A stretch of DNA of 64,000 nucleotides, taken from the NCBI GenBank assembly GCA_964607165.1, contig CAZSIT010000006.1, positions 11,870 through 75,869 of the forward strand, read 5' to 3'. This stretch comes from an uncultured Ignavibacteria bacterium (GTDB lineage: Bacteria > Zixibacteria > MSB-5A5 > DSPP01). The position numbers were made by a program, and so were the translations under genes. The notes beneath the pieces are model-generated. The model was given only the letters and a program-made list of their open reading frames with translations, was not told the origin of the DNA and did no database searches. Shown here piece by piece: positions 1 to 9,582 of the stretch (positions are counted from its first letter, which is position 1; each line of letters begins with the position of its first letter).

Positions 1-2540
1 AGCTGGACTATTAGTGGTGGCGGCGGCACCATAATAGGCTCCTCGACCGGCCAATGTGTTACCGTTCAAGCAAGCGGAACCTGCGGAACTTCTTATACCT
101 TAAATTTAACGGTCACCGGCGCCTGCGCCAGCAGCTGCAGCAAAACGGTTCTGGTTAAAGACAACATTAAGCCGACTATTGTCTGTCCGGCCGATATCGT
201 CGCCAGCAACGGCAACTGTTGCGCTAACGTCAGCTTTGCTCCCACCGTTAACGATAATTGCTCGGCAACCTTTGTCTGCACGCCTCCCTCCGGCTTCTGC
301 TTCCCGGTGGGAATGACCACCGTCAAGTGCGTGGCAACGGATGTTTGCGGCAACAAAGATAGCTGCACCTTCAAGATTACGGTCACCGATACGACCAAAC
401 CGACTATCGTCTGTCCGGCTAATATTGTTAAGAACACCGATCCGGGTCTGTGCTGTGCGGCGGCGACTTTTGCGCCCACCACCGGCGACAACTGCCCGGG
501 ACAAACCTTTACTTGTACTCCCCCTTCGGGCACCTGCTTCCCGGTCGGCGTGAATCCGGTAAAGTGTGTGGTGACCGATGCGGCGGGTAACAAGGATAGC
601 TGCAGCTTTACGGTTACGGTTACCGACAATTCCAAACCGACCATTGTCTGCCCGTCCAACATCAGCAAGAGTAACGATCCCGGTCAGTGCTGCGCGGCGG
701 CGACCTTTGCGCCCACCACCGGTGACAACTGCCCCGGAGAGACCTTTAGTTGCACGCCCCCTTCCGGCACCTGCTTCGGCATTGGGACGACTCCGGTCAA
801 GTGCGTGGTGACTGATGCGGCGGGTAACAAGGACAGCTGCACTTTCACGGTGACGGTCAGCGACACCGAGCCGCCTTCCATAGTTTGTCCGGCCGACATC
901 GTGGCCAGCAACGGCGGTTGCTGTGACGTCGTCAACTTTGCACCCACCGTTTCCGACAACTGCCCGGGAGAGACCTTTGCCTGTGTTCCGCCCTCCGGCT
1001 TCTGCTTCCCGGTCGGGATGACCACGGTAACCTGTACGGCCACCGATGCCGCAGGCAATCAAACTCCCTGCAACTTCAAGATTACGGTCACCGATACGTC
1101 CAAACCGACTATCGTCTGCCCGGCTAATATTGTTAAGAACACCGATCCGGGCCTCTGCTGTGCGGTGGCGACCTTTGCACCTACCACCGGCGACAACTGC
1201 CCGGGAGAGACCTTTGTCTGCACGCCTCCTTCCGGCTTCTGCTTCCCAGTCGGCGTGAATCCGGTCAAGTGCGTGGTGACCGATGCGGCGGGTAACAAGG
1301 ACAGCTGCACCTTCACAGTGACGGTCAGCGACAATTCCAAACCGACCATTGTTTGCCCGGCCAACATAACCAAAGGCACCGACCCCGGTCTGTGCTGTGC
1401 CGTGGCGACTTTTGCGCCTACCACCGGCGACAATTGCCCGGGAGAGATTTTTACCTGCACCCCGCCTTCCGGCACCTGCTTCGGCATTGGGACGACTCCG
1501 GTCAAATGCGTGGTGACTGATGCTTCCGGCAACAAGGACAGCTGCACTTTCACGGTGACGGTCAGCGACAACTCCAAACCGACCATTGTTTGCCCGGCCA
1601 ACATTACCAAAGGTACCGACCCCGGTCTCTGCTGCGCGGTGGCGACCTTTGCGCCAACGGTTGGTGATAATTGCCCCAATCCAACCTTCGTTTGCACGCC
1701 GCCTTCCGGCACCTGCTTCAACAAGGGAACGAATACTGTTAAATGTGTGGTGACCGATGCTTCCGGCAACAAAGACAGCTGCACGTTTACGGTAACGGTC
1801 AATGACAATACCAAGCCGACCATCACCTGCCCGGCCAATATCACCAAGGGCACCGACCCCGGTTTGTGCTGTGCGGTGGCGACCTTTGTACCTACGGTTG
1901 GTGACAATTGTCCCGGCCAGACTTTCACCTGCACGCCACCTTCCGGCACCTGCTTTAACGTCGGAACAAACACCGTTAAGTGCGTGGTGACCGACGCCGC
2001 CGGCAACAAGGACAGCTGCACCTTTACCGTAACGGTTACTGACAATACCAAGCCGAACATCGCCTGCCCGGCTAACATCACCAAGGGCACCGACCCCGGT
2101 CTCTGCTGCGCGGTGGCGACCTTTGCGCCAACGGTTGGTGACAATTGTCCCGGCCAGACTTTCACCTGCACGCCGCCTTCGGGAACTTGCTTTGCGATCG
2201 GGACAACCACGGTTAAGTGTGTGGTAACCGACGCCGCAGGCAACAAGGACAGCTGCACCTTCACGGTGACGGTCAATGACAATACCAAGCCAAGCATAGT
2301 TTGCCCGGCCAACATCACCAAAGGCAACGACCCCGGCCAGTGCTGTGCGGTGGCGACCTTTGCGCCGACGGTTGGCGACAACTGCCCTGGCCAGACTTTC
2401 AGCTGTACGCCACCTTCCGGTACCTGCTATCCGCTCGGCGTGAATACGGTCAAGTGCGTGGCAACCGACGCCGCCGGCAATAAAGACAGCTGCACCTTTA
2501 CGGTCACCGTCAACGATACGACCAAGCCCTCCATCGCCTG
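1..2540. repeat. Tandem coding repeat array, period 237 nt (79 aa), at least 11 units, several nearly identical at nucleotide level
   Basis: Recurring nt blocks ...aaaccgaccattgtttgcccggccaacat(c/a)accaaaggcaccgaccccggtctgtgctg... at about 237-nt spacing. The antisense long ORFs (106..2841 and others) are by-products of the repeats. Confidence 0.85.
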
Positions 2541-4563
2541 CCCGCCTGATAAAATAACGCCTCCAAGACAACCCGGAGTCTGTCCGGGCCCGGTGGTGAC
2601 CTATGAAGTACCGGCCACAGACAATTGCCCCGGTCCAATTACTGTAAATTGTATACCTCCATCGGGTTCGGCTTTCCCAGTTGGCATGACTACAGTTAAC
2701 TGCACCGCTACCGATGCCGCTGGCAATCAGAGCTCTTGCAGCTTCAAAGTAACCGTGCCGGCAACAGACCCGACATTCTTTGAATGTAAGGATACCGCCA
2801 GCAGCGCGAGTGTAAACGCCGTGGTGCAGATTCCGATACAAATTACTAATCCAAACCCGGCCTTTATTCTAAGCATCTGCGGCGCCACCCGGAATGGGTC
2901 GCCGGCCGTTCCCACCAATCCGCCGGCCATTCAGAACAACAATACTTTGGTTTGGGCGGTAAATGGGGACACCGGTTTCTGGTGCTTCTGCTTGAAACTT
3001 TCCGACGGATGCGATTCCGGCTTCTGCCAGGCATGCATCCAAGTCAACCCGCAGCAGTGTTTCCGGCTCTGCATTGAGACGGTTCATCCGCGGGTTCTGG
3101 GCGGAGATGTGAATGTATATATCAACAACTTGGTTGAAGCTTTCGACCCGGATGTTTTGCCTTACGGCGGGACCGTGGGCGGCTTTTCCTTCCTGCTCTC
3201 CTACGACTGTTCCTGCCTGCAGTTCATCAGCGCGGCAAAGGGAAGTCTGTTGGTTGAGCAGAGATGGGAGTTCTTCACCTACCGCTTTGGCGCATTGGGC
3301 AATGGCAACTGCGGTTCCGGCTGTCCAACCTGTCTGATTCGGATTGTGGCGATTGCGGACATCAACAACTCCAATATTCATCCGCCGCCTCCGCCGCGCA
3401 AGAACAAGGGACAGTGGGTTTGCTTGAAGTTCCGCACCTCCTCTGACCTGCGCTTGGCCGGGCTCTGCTGCCCGATTAACTGGTGGTGGTTCGATTGCTC
3501 CGACAACACCATCTCCGACTGGAGCGGCAACACGCTCTGGATAGTGGACTCTTTGTATACGCCGGAGGGCAATCCGATTGACTTGGCGACCACCTTCCCG
3601 ACGGTCAATGTAGAGGCCTGCAGCACCCTCACCGGAGGACCGGGAAAGCCGACTCCGAAACCGTGCATCATCTTCTGCAACGGCAAGATTTGCCTGCCGC
3701 CGATAGAGTCTTTGGACGACCGGGGTGATATCAACCTGAACGGGCTTTCCAACGAGATTGCCGATGCGGTCTTGTTTGAAACCTACTTCATCTTTGGAAC
3801 CAGCGTGTTCACCATCAGCGTGCCAGGCCAGACCGCCGCTACCGACATCAACGGCGACGGCCGCCCCTTGACGATAGCCGACCTGGTGGCTTTAACCCGC
3901 ATCATCACCGGTGACGCCAACCCGCTGCCCAAGGCCAATGCCGGCTTGGCTTCGGTTGACTTGAACTGGAGCTCGGACGGCAAGGAGTTGAAGTTTACCA
4001 CTTCCAGCACTTCCGAGATAGGCGGCCTCTTCGTACGCTTTAAATACAGCGGCGACGCCTCCGAACAAAACCTGTCGGCTCTGGCAAACTCTATGAACCT
4101 TAAAGCCAACGTGGCTGAAGGCGAATTAAGAGTATTGATTAACTCCGACATCAAGGGAGCGATGATTCCGGCCGGCAAGGCGACCTTTACGGTGCCGATA
4201 GATGGAGAAGTTGAGTTCGTAGAAGCTCAAGCTTCCAACTATTTTGGCCAGAGCCTGCCGGTGGTGAACAAGGCGACGCCGATACCGACCGCTTTTGGAT
4301 TGAGCCAGAACTATCCCAATCCGTTCAATCCAAAAACCAACTTTGTGCTCGCCTTGCCGGTGGCCAGCCACTACAATGTGACCATCTACAACCTGCTGGG
4401 CGAAGCGGTGCGCACCTTTGAGGGTGATGCTGCAGCCGGCAACAAGGTCATTACCTGGGATGCCACCGACCGCAACGGCAACGCGGTTTCTTCGGGACTT
4501 TACTTCTACAAAGCGGTCGCCGGACAGTTTGTGGCCAAAAAGAAAATGATTTTGATGAGGTAA
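1..4563 (+). CDS. 5'-truncated giant secreted surface protein: at least 12 tandem HYR (hyalin-repeat) domains, Ig-like region, cohesin-like module, dockerin-like Ca-binding module, second beta-sandwich, T9SS C-terminal sorting domain
   Basis: Frame 1 is open from nt 1, with no stop before the listed 307 start. Repeating 79-aa unit CPANI..DPGxCCAxATFAPTxGDNCPGxTFxCTPPSGxCF..VKCVVTDAAGNKDSCTFTVTV matches the HYR consensus. FSFLLSYDCSCLQFISAAKG...CLIRIVAIADINN resembles the cohesin strand 4-5 motif. DINLNGLSNEIADAVLFETYF...DINGDGRPLTIADLVALTRIITG matches dockerin repeats. The C-terminus NYPNPFNPKTNF...YFYKAVAGQFV...KKMILMR is a T9SS CTD. Confidence 0.8.
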   Translation, partial: SWTISGGGGTIIGSSTGQCVTVQASGTCGTSYTLNLTVTGACASSCSKTVLVKDNIKPTIVCPADIVASNGNCCANVSFAPTVNDNCSATFVCTPPSGFCFPVGMTTVKCVATDVCGNKDSCTFKITVTDTTKPTIVCPANIVKNTDPGLCCAAATFAPTTGDNCPGQTFTCTPPSGTCFPVGVNPVKCVVTDAAGNKDSCSFTVTVTDNSKPTIVCPSNISKSNDPGQCCAAATFAPTTGDNCPGETFSCTPPSGTCFGIGTTPVKCVVTDAAGNKDSCTFTVTVSDTEPPSIVCPADIVASNGGCCDVVNFAPTVSDNCPGETFACVPPSGFCFPVGMTTVTCTATDAAGNQTPCNFKITVTDTSKPTIVCPANIVKNTDPGLCCAVATFAPTTGDNCPGETFVCTPPSGFCFPVGVNPVKCVVTDAAGNKDSCTFTVTVSDNSKPTIVCPANITKGTDPGLCCAVATFAPTTGDNCPGEIFTCTPPSGTCFGIGTTPVKCVVTDASGNKDSCTFTVTVSDNSKPTIVCPANITKGTDPGLCCAVATFAPTVGDNCPNPTFVCTPPSGTCFNKGTNTVKCVVTDASGNKDSCTFTVTVNDNTKPTITCPANITKGTDPGLCCAVATFVPTVGDNCPGQTFTCTPPSGTCFNVGTNTVKCVVTDAAGNKDSCTFTVTVTDNTKPNIACPANITKGTDPGLCCAVATFAPTVGDNCPGQTFTCTPPSGTCFAIGTTTVKCVVTDAAGNKDSCTFTVTVNDNTKPSIVCPANITKGNDPGQCCAVATFAPTVGDNCPGQTFSCTPPSGTCYPLGVNTVKCVATDAAGNKDSCTFTVTVNDTTKPSIACPPDKITPPRQPGVCPGPVVTYEVPATDNCPGPITVNCIPPSGSAFPVGMTTVNCTATDAAGNQSSCSFKVTVPATDPTFFECKDTASSASVNAVVQIPIQITNPNPAFILSICGATRNGSPAVPTNPPAIQNNNTLVWAVNGDTGFWCFCLKLSDGCDSGFCQACIQVNPQQCFRLCIETVHPRVLGGDVNVYINNLVEAFDPDVLPYGGTVGGFSFLLSYDCSCLQFISAAKGSLLVEQRWEFFTYRFGALGNGNCGSGCPTCLIRIVAIADINNSNIHPPPPPRKNKGQWVCLKFRTSSDLRLAGLCCPINWWWFDCSDNTISDWSGNTLWIVDSLYTPEGNPIDLATTFPTVNVEACSTLTGGPGKPTPKPCIIFCNGKICLPPIESLDDRGDINLNGLSNEIADAVLFETYFIFGTSVFTISVPGQTAATDINGDGRPLTIADLVALTRIITGDANPLPKANAGLASVDLNWSSDGKELKFTTSSTSEIGGLFVRFKYSGDASEQNLSALANSMNLKANVAEGELRVLINSDIKGAMIPAGKATFTVPIDGEVEFVEAQASNYFGQSLPVVNKATPIPTAFGLSQNYPNPFNPKTNFVLALPVASHYNVTIYNLLGEAVRTFEGDAAAGNKVITWDATDRNGNAVSSGLYFYKAVAGQFVAKKKMILMR

Positions 4564-4704
4564 CTCGATGCGGCATCCGGCCGCTTCTAACAACAACTCC
4601 CGACGAAACTTGTTCCAAAGGGTGGTTTGGGAGGCTCAGGATATAACAGCCCGCCGCAAGGTGGGCTGTTATATTTTTGGAGGTTTTTGCAGAAGAACAA
4701 AAAA

Positions 4705-7683
4705 ATGACATCGAAAGCGTCTTTAATTCTCTTTTCTGCTCTGGTTTGGGTAATTCCTGCCTTCACCCAAGCCGCCATTCCCGACCCAAGAGATTCGGTT
4801 ATCGTCGAGCAGAAAGTCGTGGCTCCGGTTTTTGGCGCTTGCGCTTCTGCGCCGATAAAGGTGCGCGTTTGGGTCACGAACAAAGACAGCCTGGCTAATG
4901 TTACTTTTCCTTTAGAGGAAAAAAGCATTTCCGGCGGTGCTTACGCTATCATATCCCGTCCAGCTAATTGCTCGTCTGCTCGAACCAGTTCGACGGTGTT
5001 TGACTTTCTTTACCCGCCTGGACCCGGGACTGCACGCTTTCCTACCCGGGTCCCCAGTTTCAGTGGTTACCACAGCAACTCGCCAGATACATTTATGTTC
5101 ACAGGCACTTGCGACCCTACAGATGACGATACCAAATTGCCACCTAACTTAACCCGCGCAGCACTGTTGGATATCAAATTTGATAGTGTTACCGGTTTAG
5201 GCCAATTCCAAATCGACTCAACCAAGGTCCTGGGGAACACCTTACAGTTCGTAAGCACGTCGGGGAACGCAATTTTTGTCAACTTCGTCACAGGGATTAT
5301 CGCCAGCTGTGTTCCACATCAGCCCTTTAATAATTGTCAAGGTGCTAGTTCCAGTGTGTTATATGGACGGCCCTTCAATTACGTTTTCGCTTTGGGGGAT
5401 GTGCCAGGGACATATTCAGTAGTCTCCGGCCCAGGAACGATTGATGTCACCGGCTACTATACTTTTGCCGGTCAGTGCCCCCTGGATTTGGGCGGCATTC
5501 CGGTAACGGTTCGGTTTACCAGTAATACCCCACCCGGAGAGTGTGGTAGCGGGTCCGGCGATTGTCAATTCACAATCAAAGTGGTCGACAACCCGCCAGT
5601 CTGTTCACCCAACCAACCAAATATCACCGTTCCTCACGGTACTTTGGCCCAAAACATCATTACCGCTACAGACCCAGACTCGGGAGATGGGACAATAATC
5701 TCTCAATCAAGTGGCCCGGGGGCGGTCGTGGATAATGTGAATGGAACCGCTGACTGGAACTATCAGACTTCCTGCGAGGACGTGGGGCGCTCTCCACAAG
5801 AAGTGAATTTTTTGGTCAGGGATAAATTTGGCTCCTGCAATCCCGGCCCTTCTACCGCCGCCTGTCTTTTCTTTTTGGTTGTTACTAACGCTTCGCCGAG
5901 TATAACCAACTGCCCTTCAGAAACGATTTCTTTGCGGGGCGGTGAGCCGTTTAGTTTGGATTTGAACGCAACCGACACCGACCCGGGTGACAGCGATATA
6001 GATAATCATTTCTTTTTGAAAAGCGGCCCGGCCGGGTTAACCGTTTCACCATCCGGCGTAGTAAATTGGACACCAGATCTCACTCAAACCGATACCTGCG
6101 CGGTCATTGGCGTAAGCGATGCCTGTGGAGCCGCCGACAGCTGTGTAGTCTGCTTCGACGTCGTTTCCGGCCAGAAATTCCGTCTGTGCATTGACGTGGT
6201 TCATCCGCGTTTCCAGGGTGGTGATGTTAACGTTTACATCAACAACCTGGTGGAAGCCTTCGACCCGGACTGCGACACCGCCCACGGCGGCAGCGGCTGT
6301 GTGGGCGGCTTCTCCTTCCTGCTTACCTACGACTGTTCCTGCCTGCAGTTTATCAGCGCGTCCAAGGGACAGTTGTTGATCGACCAGCGCTGGGAGTTCT
6401 TCACCTACCGCTTCGGCGCTTTGGGCAACGGCAACTGCGGTTCCGGCTGTCCAACCTGTCTGATTCGGATTGTGGCGATTGCCGATATCAACAACAGCAA
6501 TATTCATCCGGTACCTTGCCCGCGCCCGAACCAGGGTCAGTGGGTGTGCTTGAAGTTCCGCACCTCCTCTGATTTGCGGTTGGCCGGGCTCTGCTGCCCG
6601 ATTAACTGGTACTGGCTGGATTGCACGGACAACACTGTTTCGGATGCCACCGGCAATTGCCTCTGGATTGCCTGCGCGATTTTGAACACGGACGGGGATA
6701 CCTTACCCCTGCCGACCGAACCGGTCAACGTGTACAACTGCAGATTCAATTCGGGTGGCGAAAACAAGCCGACTCCGAAGCCGTTCATCATCTTCTGCAA
6801 CGGCCAGATTTGTCTGCCGCCTTTGGAGTCCTTGGACGACCGCGGAGACATCAACCTGAACGGTTTGGCCAACGAGATTGCCGACGCGGTCTTGTTTGAA
6901 AGCTACTTCACCTATGGTACCAGCGTGTTTGTAATCAACGTGGCCGGCCAGACCGCCGCTACCGACATCAACAGCGACGGCCGTCCTTTGACGATAGCCG
7001 ACCTGGTGGCTCTGACTCGCATCATCACCGGCGACGCCAACCCGCTGCCCAAAGCCAACGCCGGTGCTGCTTCTGTTGACCTAAACTGGAGTTCAGACGG
7101 CAAGGAGTTGAAGTTTACCACTTCCAGCACTTCCGAGATAGGCGGCCTCTTCGTACGCTTTAAATACAGCGGCGACGCCTCCGAACAAAACCAATCGGCT
7201 TTGGACAATTCTATGAAGCTTAAGGCCGGCGTGGCGGAAGGCGAATTAAGAGTATTGATTAACTCCGATGTCAGGGGAGGTATGATTCCGGCCGGAAAAG
7301 CCACCTTTACTGTGGCGATAGAAGGAGAAGTGGAGTTTGTAGAAGCTCAAGCTTCCAACTATCAAGGCCAGAGCCTGCCGGTGGTAAACAAAAAGGCGGC
7401 TTTGCCCACTTCATTCGCTTTAAGCCAGAACTATCCTAATCCGTTCAATCCGAAGACCAACTTTGTGCTCTCCTTGCCGGTGGCCAGCCGTTACAAGGTA
7501 ACCATTTACAACCTGCTGGGCGAAGCGGTGCGCACCTTCGAAGGTGATGCTGCGGCCGGCAACAAGGTCATTACCTGGGATGCCACCGACCGCAACGGAA
7601 ACACGGTTTCTTCGGGAATTTACTTCTACAAGGCGGTAGCCGGACAGTTTGTCGACAAGAAGAAAATGATTTTGATGAGGTAA
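4705..7683 (+). CDS. Secreted T9SS cargo protein, paralog of the upstream gene: signal peptide, Ig-like/cadherin-like N-terminal domains, then the same cohesin-like, dockerin-like, beta-sandwich and T9SS CTD cassette
   Basis: ATG at 4705 gives MTSKASLILFSALVWVIPAFTQA, a signal peptide. The ORF-track start at 4627 is probably upstream of the true start. The C-terminal 500 aa are nearly identical to the C-terminus of the first protein. The T9SS CTD NYPNPFNPKTNFVLSLP...KKMILMR is present. Confidence 0.8.
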   Translation: MTSKASLILFSALVWVIPAFTQAAIPDPRDSVIVEQKVVAPVFGACASAPIKVRVWVTNKDSLANVTFPLEEKSISGGAYAIISRPANCSSARTSSTVFDFLYPPGPGTARFPTRVPSFSGYHSNSPDTFMFTGTCDPTDDDTKLPPNLTRAALLDIKFDSVTGLGQFQIDSTKVLGNTLQFVSTSGNAIFVNFVTGIIASCVPHQPFNNCQGASSSVLYGRPFNYVFALGDVPGTYSVVSGPGTIDVTGYYTFAGQCPLDLGGIPVTVRFTSNTPPGECGSGSGDCQFTIKVVDNPPVCSPNQPNITVPHGTLAQNIITATDPDSGDGTIISQSSGPGAVVDNVNGTADWNYQTSCEDVGRSPQEVNFLVRDKFGSCNPGPSTAACLFFLVVTNASPSITNCPSETISLRGGEPFSLDLNATDTDPGDSDIDNHFFLKSGPAGLTVSPSGVVNWTPDLTQTDTCAVIGVSDACGAADSCVVCFDVVSGQKFRLCIDVVHPRFQGGDVNVYINNLVEAFDPDCDTAHGGSGCVGGFSFLLTYDCSCLQFISASKGQLLIDQRWEFFTYRFGALGNGNCGSGCPTCLIRIVAIADINNSNIHPVPCPRPNQGQWVCLKFRTSSDLRLAGLCCPINWYWLDCTDNTVSDATGNCLWIACAILNTDGDTLPLPTEPVNVYNCRFNSGGENKPTPKPFIIFCNGQICLPPLESLDDRGDINLNGLANEIADAVLFESYFTYGTSVFVINVAGQTAATDINSDGRPLTIADLVALTRIITGDANPLPKANAGAASVDLNWSSDGKELKFTTSSTSEIGGLFVRFKYSGDASEQNQSALDNSMKLKAGVAEGELRVLINSDVRGGMIPAGKATFTVAIEGEVEFVEAQASNYQGQSLPVVNKKAALPTSFALSQNYPNPFNPKTNFVLSLPVASRYKVTIYNLLGEAVRTFEGDAAAGNKVITWDATDRNGNTVSSGIYFYKAVAGQFVDKKKMILMR
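6178..7683. repeat. About 1.5-kb duplicated 3' gene cassette (partner copy 3061..4563), about 85-90% nt identity with embedded 50-115 nt stretches of 100% identity
   Basis: Identical runs such as aactgcggttccggctgtccaacctgtctgattcggattgtggcgattgc and ggcaaggagttgaagtttaccacttccagcacttccgagataggcggcctcttcgtacgctttaaatacagcggcgacgcctccgaacaaaacc occur in both copies. Confidence 0.9.
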
Positions 7684-7814
7684 CATTAGGAATAGTATGA
7701 GGTTAGAAAATATTCTGTTTAAAGCCGCTTTTTTATTGACATTTAATTGGGCAGGCAGTATACTTAGGGTGGCATCCAGAGGGTGGGAGGCCGGTAAGGA
7801 AGTTGGAGGTTGAT

Positions 7815-9212
7815 ATGAAATTGTCTTATCTTCGCCAAACCGCCCTAAAAATCGCCAAAAAAATCTCATTCTTAATTTTTGCTATCCTTTTGCCTGCTTT
7901 GGCTTCCGCCCAGCCACCCCCATCGCTGACCGATTCGCTGATTCTCGACTGGTGGATATTCGTTCCTGCCGGTCAAACGACCGTCTCGGTCCAAATTTCT
8001 TTGACCAATTCCGTGCCGATTTCCGGCATAACCGGACGAATGGTTTTTGACAACGGTATTTTATCCCCGATAATCGATTCCATTTCCGGCTTTGTTTCGG
8101 CAGAACGGGTTGGGCGAGGGATGGCACTCTCAAATTTCGCTGCCAGGTCACCCCAGCCGGGTGTAATTACTTTCCTTATGCTCACCAATTTTTTCCCAAT
8201 AGAGAAAATCGAGCCGGGCAGTGGCCCCGTCTGCCGGATTAATTTCAACGTCCTCACCGCCAGCGATACCACTACCTGCGTGTATTTTGAAAATGATCCC
8301 GATCCGATTGGCATCAGAAACCAGCTTTCTGACGCCAACGGCTATATCGTTATCCCCTCCCTCCAACCGGGAAGTTTGGTAATCGGGATAGGTAGTCCGA
8401 CCGGCAGTTGCTTTCCAGTCGAACCAATTGACAACACCGGCGATTTGAACTTGAATGGATTGCCATACGAAATCGGCGATTTTGTAACGTTTGAAAATTA
8501 CTTTATATATGGGGATGCAGTTTTTAACATAAACCCAACCGAGCAAGCTCTTGCTTCCGACGTTAACCGGGACGGCCTACTGCTGCGCGTTGCCGACCTG
8601 GTCTTTTTGGAACGAGTCATTCTCGGCGAGATTAATCCCCTCCCGGCACAAACTATTGCATCGGTTTCGGACACGGCTCAATTCGAAATAGTCCAAACCT
8701 CCGACCAATTGGTTCTTTCCTACGCCTCCCCAATCGATTTGAGCGGCTTTTTCCTGCGCCTGACGTTCCTTGGCACGGCTGGAGACCCAATCCGCCTGGA
8801 CTCGTCTCCCAATATGGATTTTGGCAGCCAAATATATCCCGGCGAACTGCGCTTCCTTTTGGTTTCTTCCCTTCAAACCCCTTTGGGGAAAATTCCCGCG
8901 GGCAGCGGGCCTTTGCTTTCCATCCCGTTTAACGGCAATTTAAGAGGCGTTGAAATACAAGCTTCGACCACGGAAGGGGAGGAAGTGGCAACCACCGGCT
9001 CCTATCCCATCGACAGCCGCGGGGACCTGAATGCCGACGGGCTTCTTACCCCCTCCGACGTCGTATCGGAGCTTAATTGTGCACTTGTATCCGCTTTGAA
9101 TTGTCCTCTTTCCCTGACGGATTTGACCTGTGATGGAATGCTCACCACCTCTGATGTAGTCCTTATCTTGAACGCGACATTCTTAGGAGAAACTCTACCT
9201 CAATGTCCTTGA
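7815..9212 (+). CDS. Secreted adaptor-like protein: signal peptide, cohesin-like module, internal dockerin-like module, second beta-sandwich, C-terminal double dockerin repeat (no T9SS CTD)
   Basis: GGAGG lies upstream of the ATG at 7815. MKLSYLRQTALKIAKKISFLIFAILLPALASA is a signal peptide. TTVSVQISLTNSVPISGITGRMVFDNGILSPI...GPVCRINFNVL is cohesin-like. DLNLNGLPYEIGDFVTFENYF...DVNRDGLLLRVADLVFLERVILG is homologous to the dockerin module of the two upstream genes. The C-terminus is DLNADGLLTPSDVVSELNCALVS...LTCDGMLTTSDVVLILNATFLGETLPQCP. Confidence 0.7.
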   Translation: MKLSYLRQTALKIAKKISFLIFAILLPALASAQPPPSLTDSLILDWWIFVPAGQTTVSVQISLTNSVPISGITGRMVFDNGILSPIIDSISGFVSAERVGRGMALSNFAARSPQPGVITFLMLTNFFPIEKIEPGSGPVCRINFNVLTASDTTTCVYFENDPDPIGIRNQLSDANGYIVIPSLQPGSLVIGIGSPTGSCFPVEPIDNTGDLNLNGLPYEIGDFVTFENYFIYGDAVFNINPTEQALASDVNRDGLLLRVADLVFLERVILGEINPLPAQTIASVSDTAQFEIVQTSDQLVLSYASPIDLSGFFLRLTFLGTAGDPIRLDSSPNMDFGSQIYPGELRFLLVSSLQTPLGKIPAGSGPLLSIPFNGNLRGVEIQASTTEGEEVATTGSYPIDSRGDLNADGLLTPSDVVSELNCALVSALNCPLSLTDLTCDGMLTTSDVVLILNATFLGETLPQCP

Positions 9213-9513
9213 TTTCGGTTTAGAGAAAAACCAGCAAAAGCGGAAAACGCAATCTCTGCGAGCCGCTCTTCGTTGTTGGCCAAACAGTTAACCCTTTTTC
9301 GACTTTGACTAAAATAATCCTTCGCAATTGTTGCGAAAATTCTTAACGATTAACAAAATCCGCCTTTGGAGAACCTATTGTAATTCAATAGGTTAAATTA
9401 AATTTGTTCAGGCGGTAAAATCGGCACACTTCTTGATGTTTTATTCAGTTGGCCAACCAGCTTCCTTCACCAAGGTTTTGGTTTGCGCTAGTAAAAGGGG
9501 TTTTTGTAATAAA

Positions 9514-9540
9514 AGTCCCGCCAAAAAGCGGGACTTTTTT
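9514..9540 (+). terminator. Rho-independent terminator hairpin
   Basis: agtcccgcc-aaaaa-gcgggact followed by tttttt. Confidence 0.6.
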
Positions 9541-9541
9541 A

Positions 9542-9570
9542 TTGACAAAAAACTTAAAATCGAATAGATT
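9542..9570 (+). promoter_or_regulatory. Sigma70-like promoter: TTGACA, 17-nt spacer, TAGATT
   Basis: TTGACA at 9542-9547 and TAGATT at 9565-9570, immediately upstream of the riboswitch. Confidence 0.5.
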
Positions 9571-9582
9571 GACGGTTGCAAA

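Noticed and set aside
93-2841. Long minus-strand ORFs (93..668, 106..2841, 684..1058, 1059..2381) opposite the HYR gene
   Set aside because: They are antisense reading frames through a GC-rich tandem repeat. Their low-complexity periodic translations mirror the repeat unit. The plus-strand frame shows a clear HYR domain signature..
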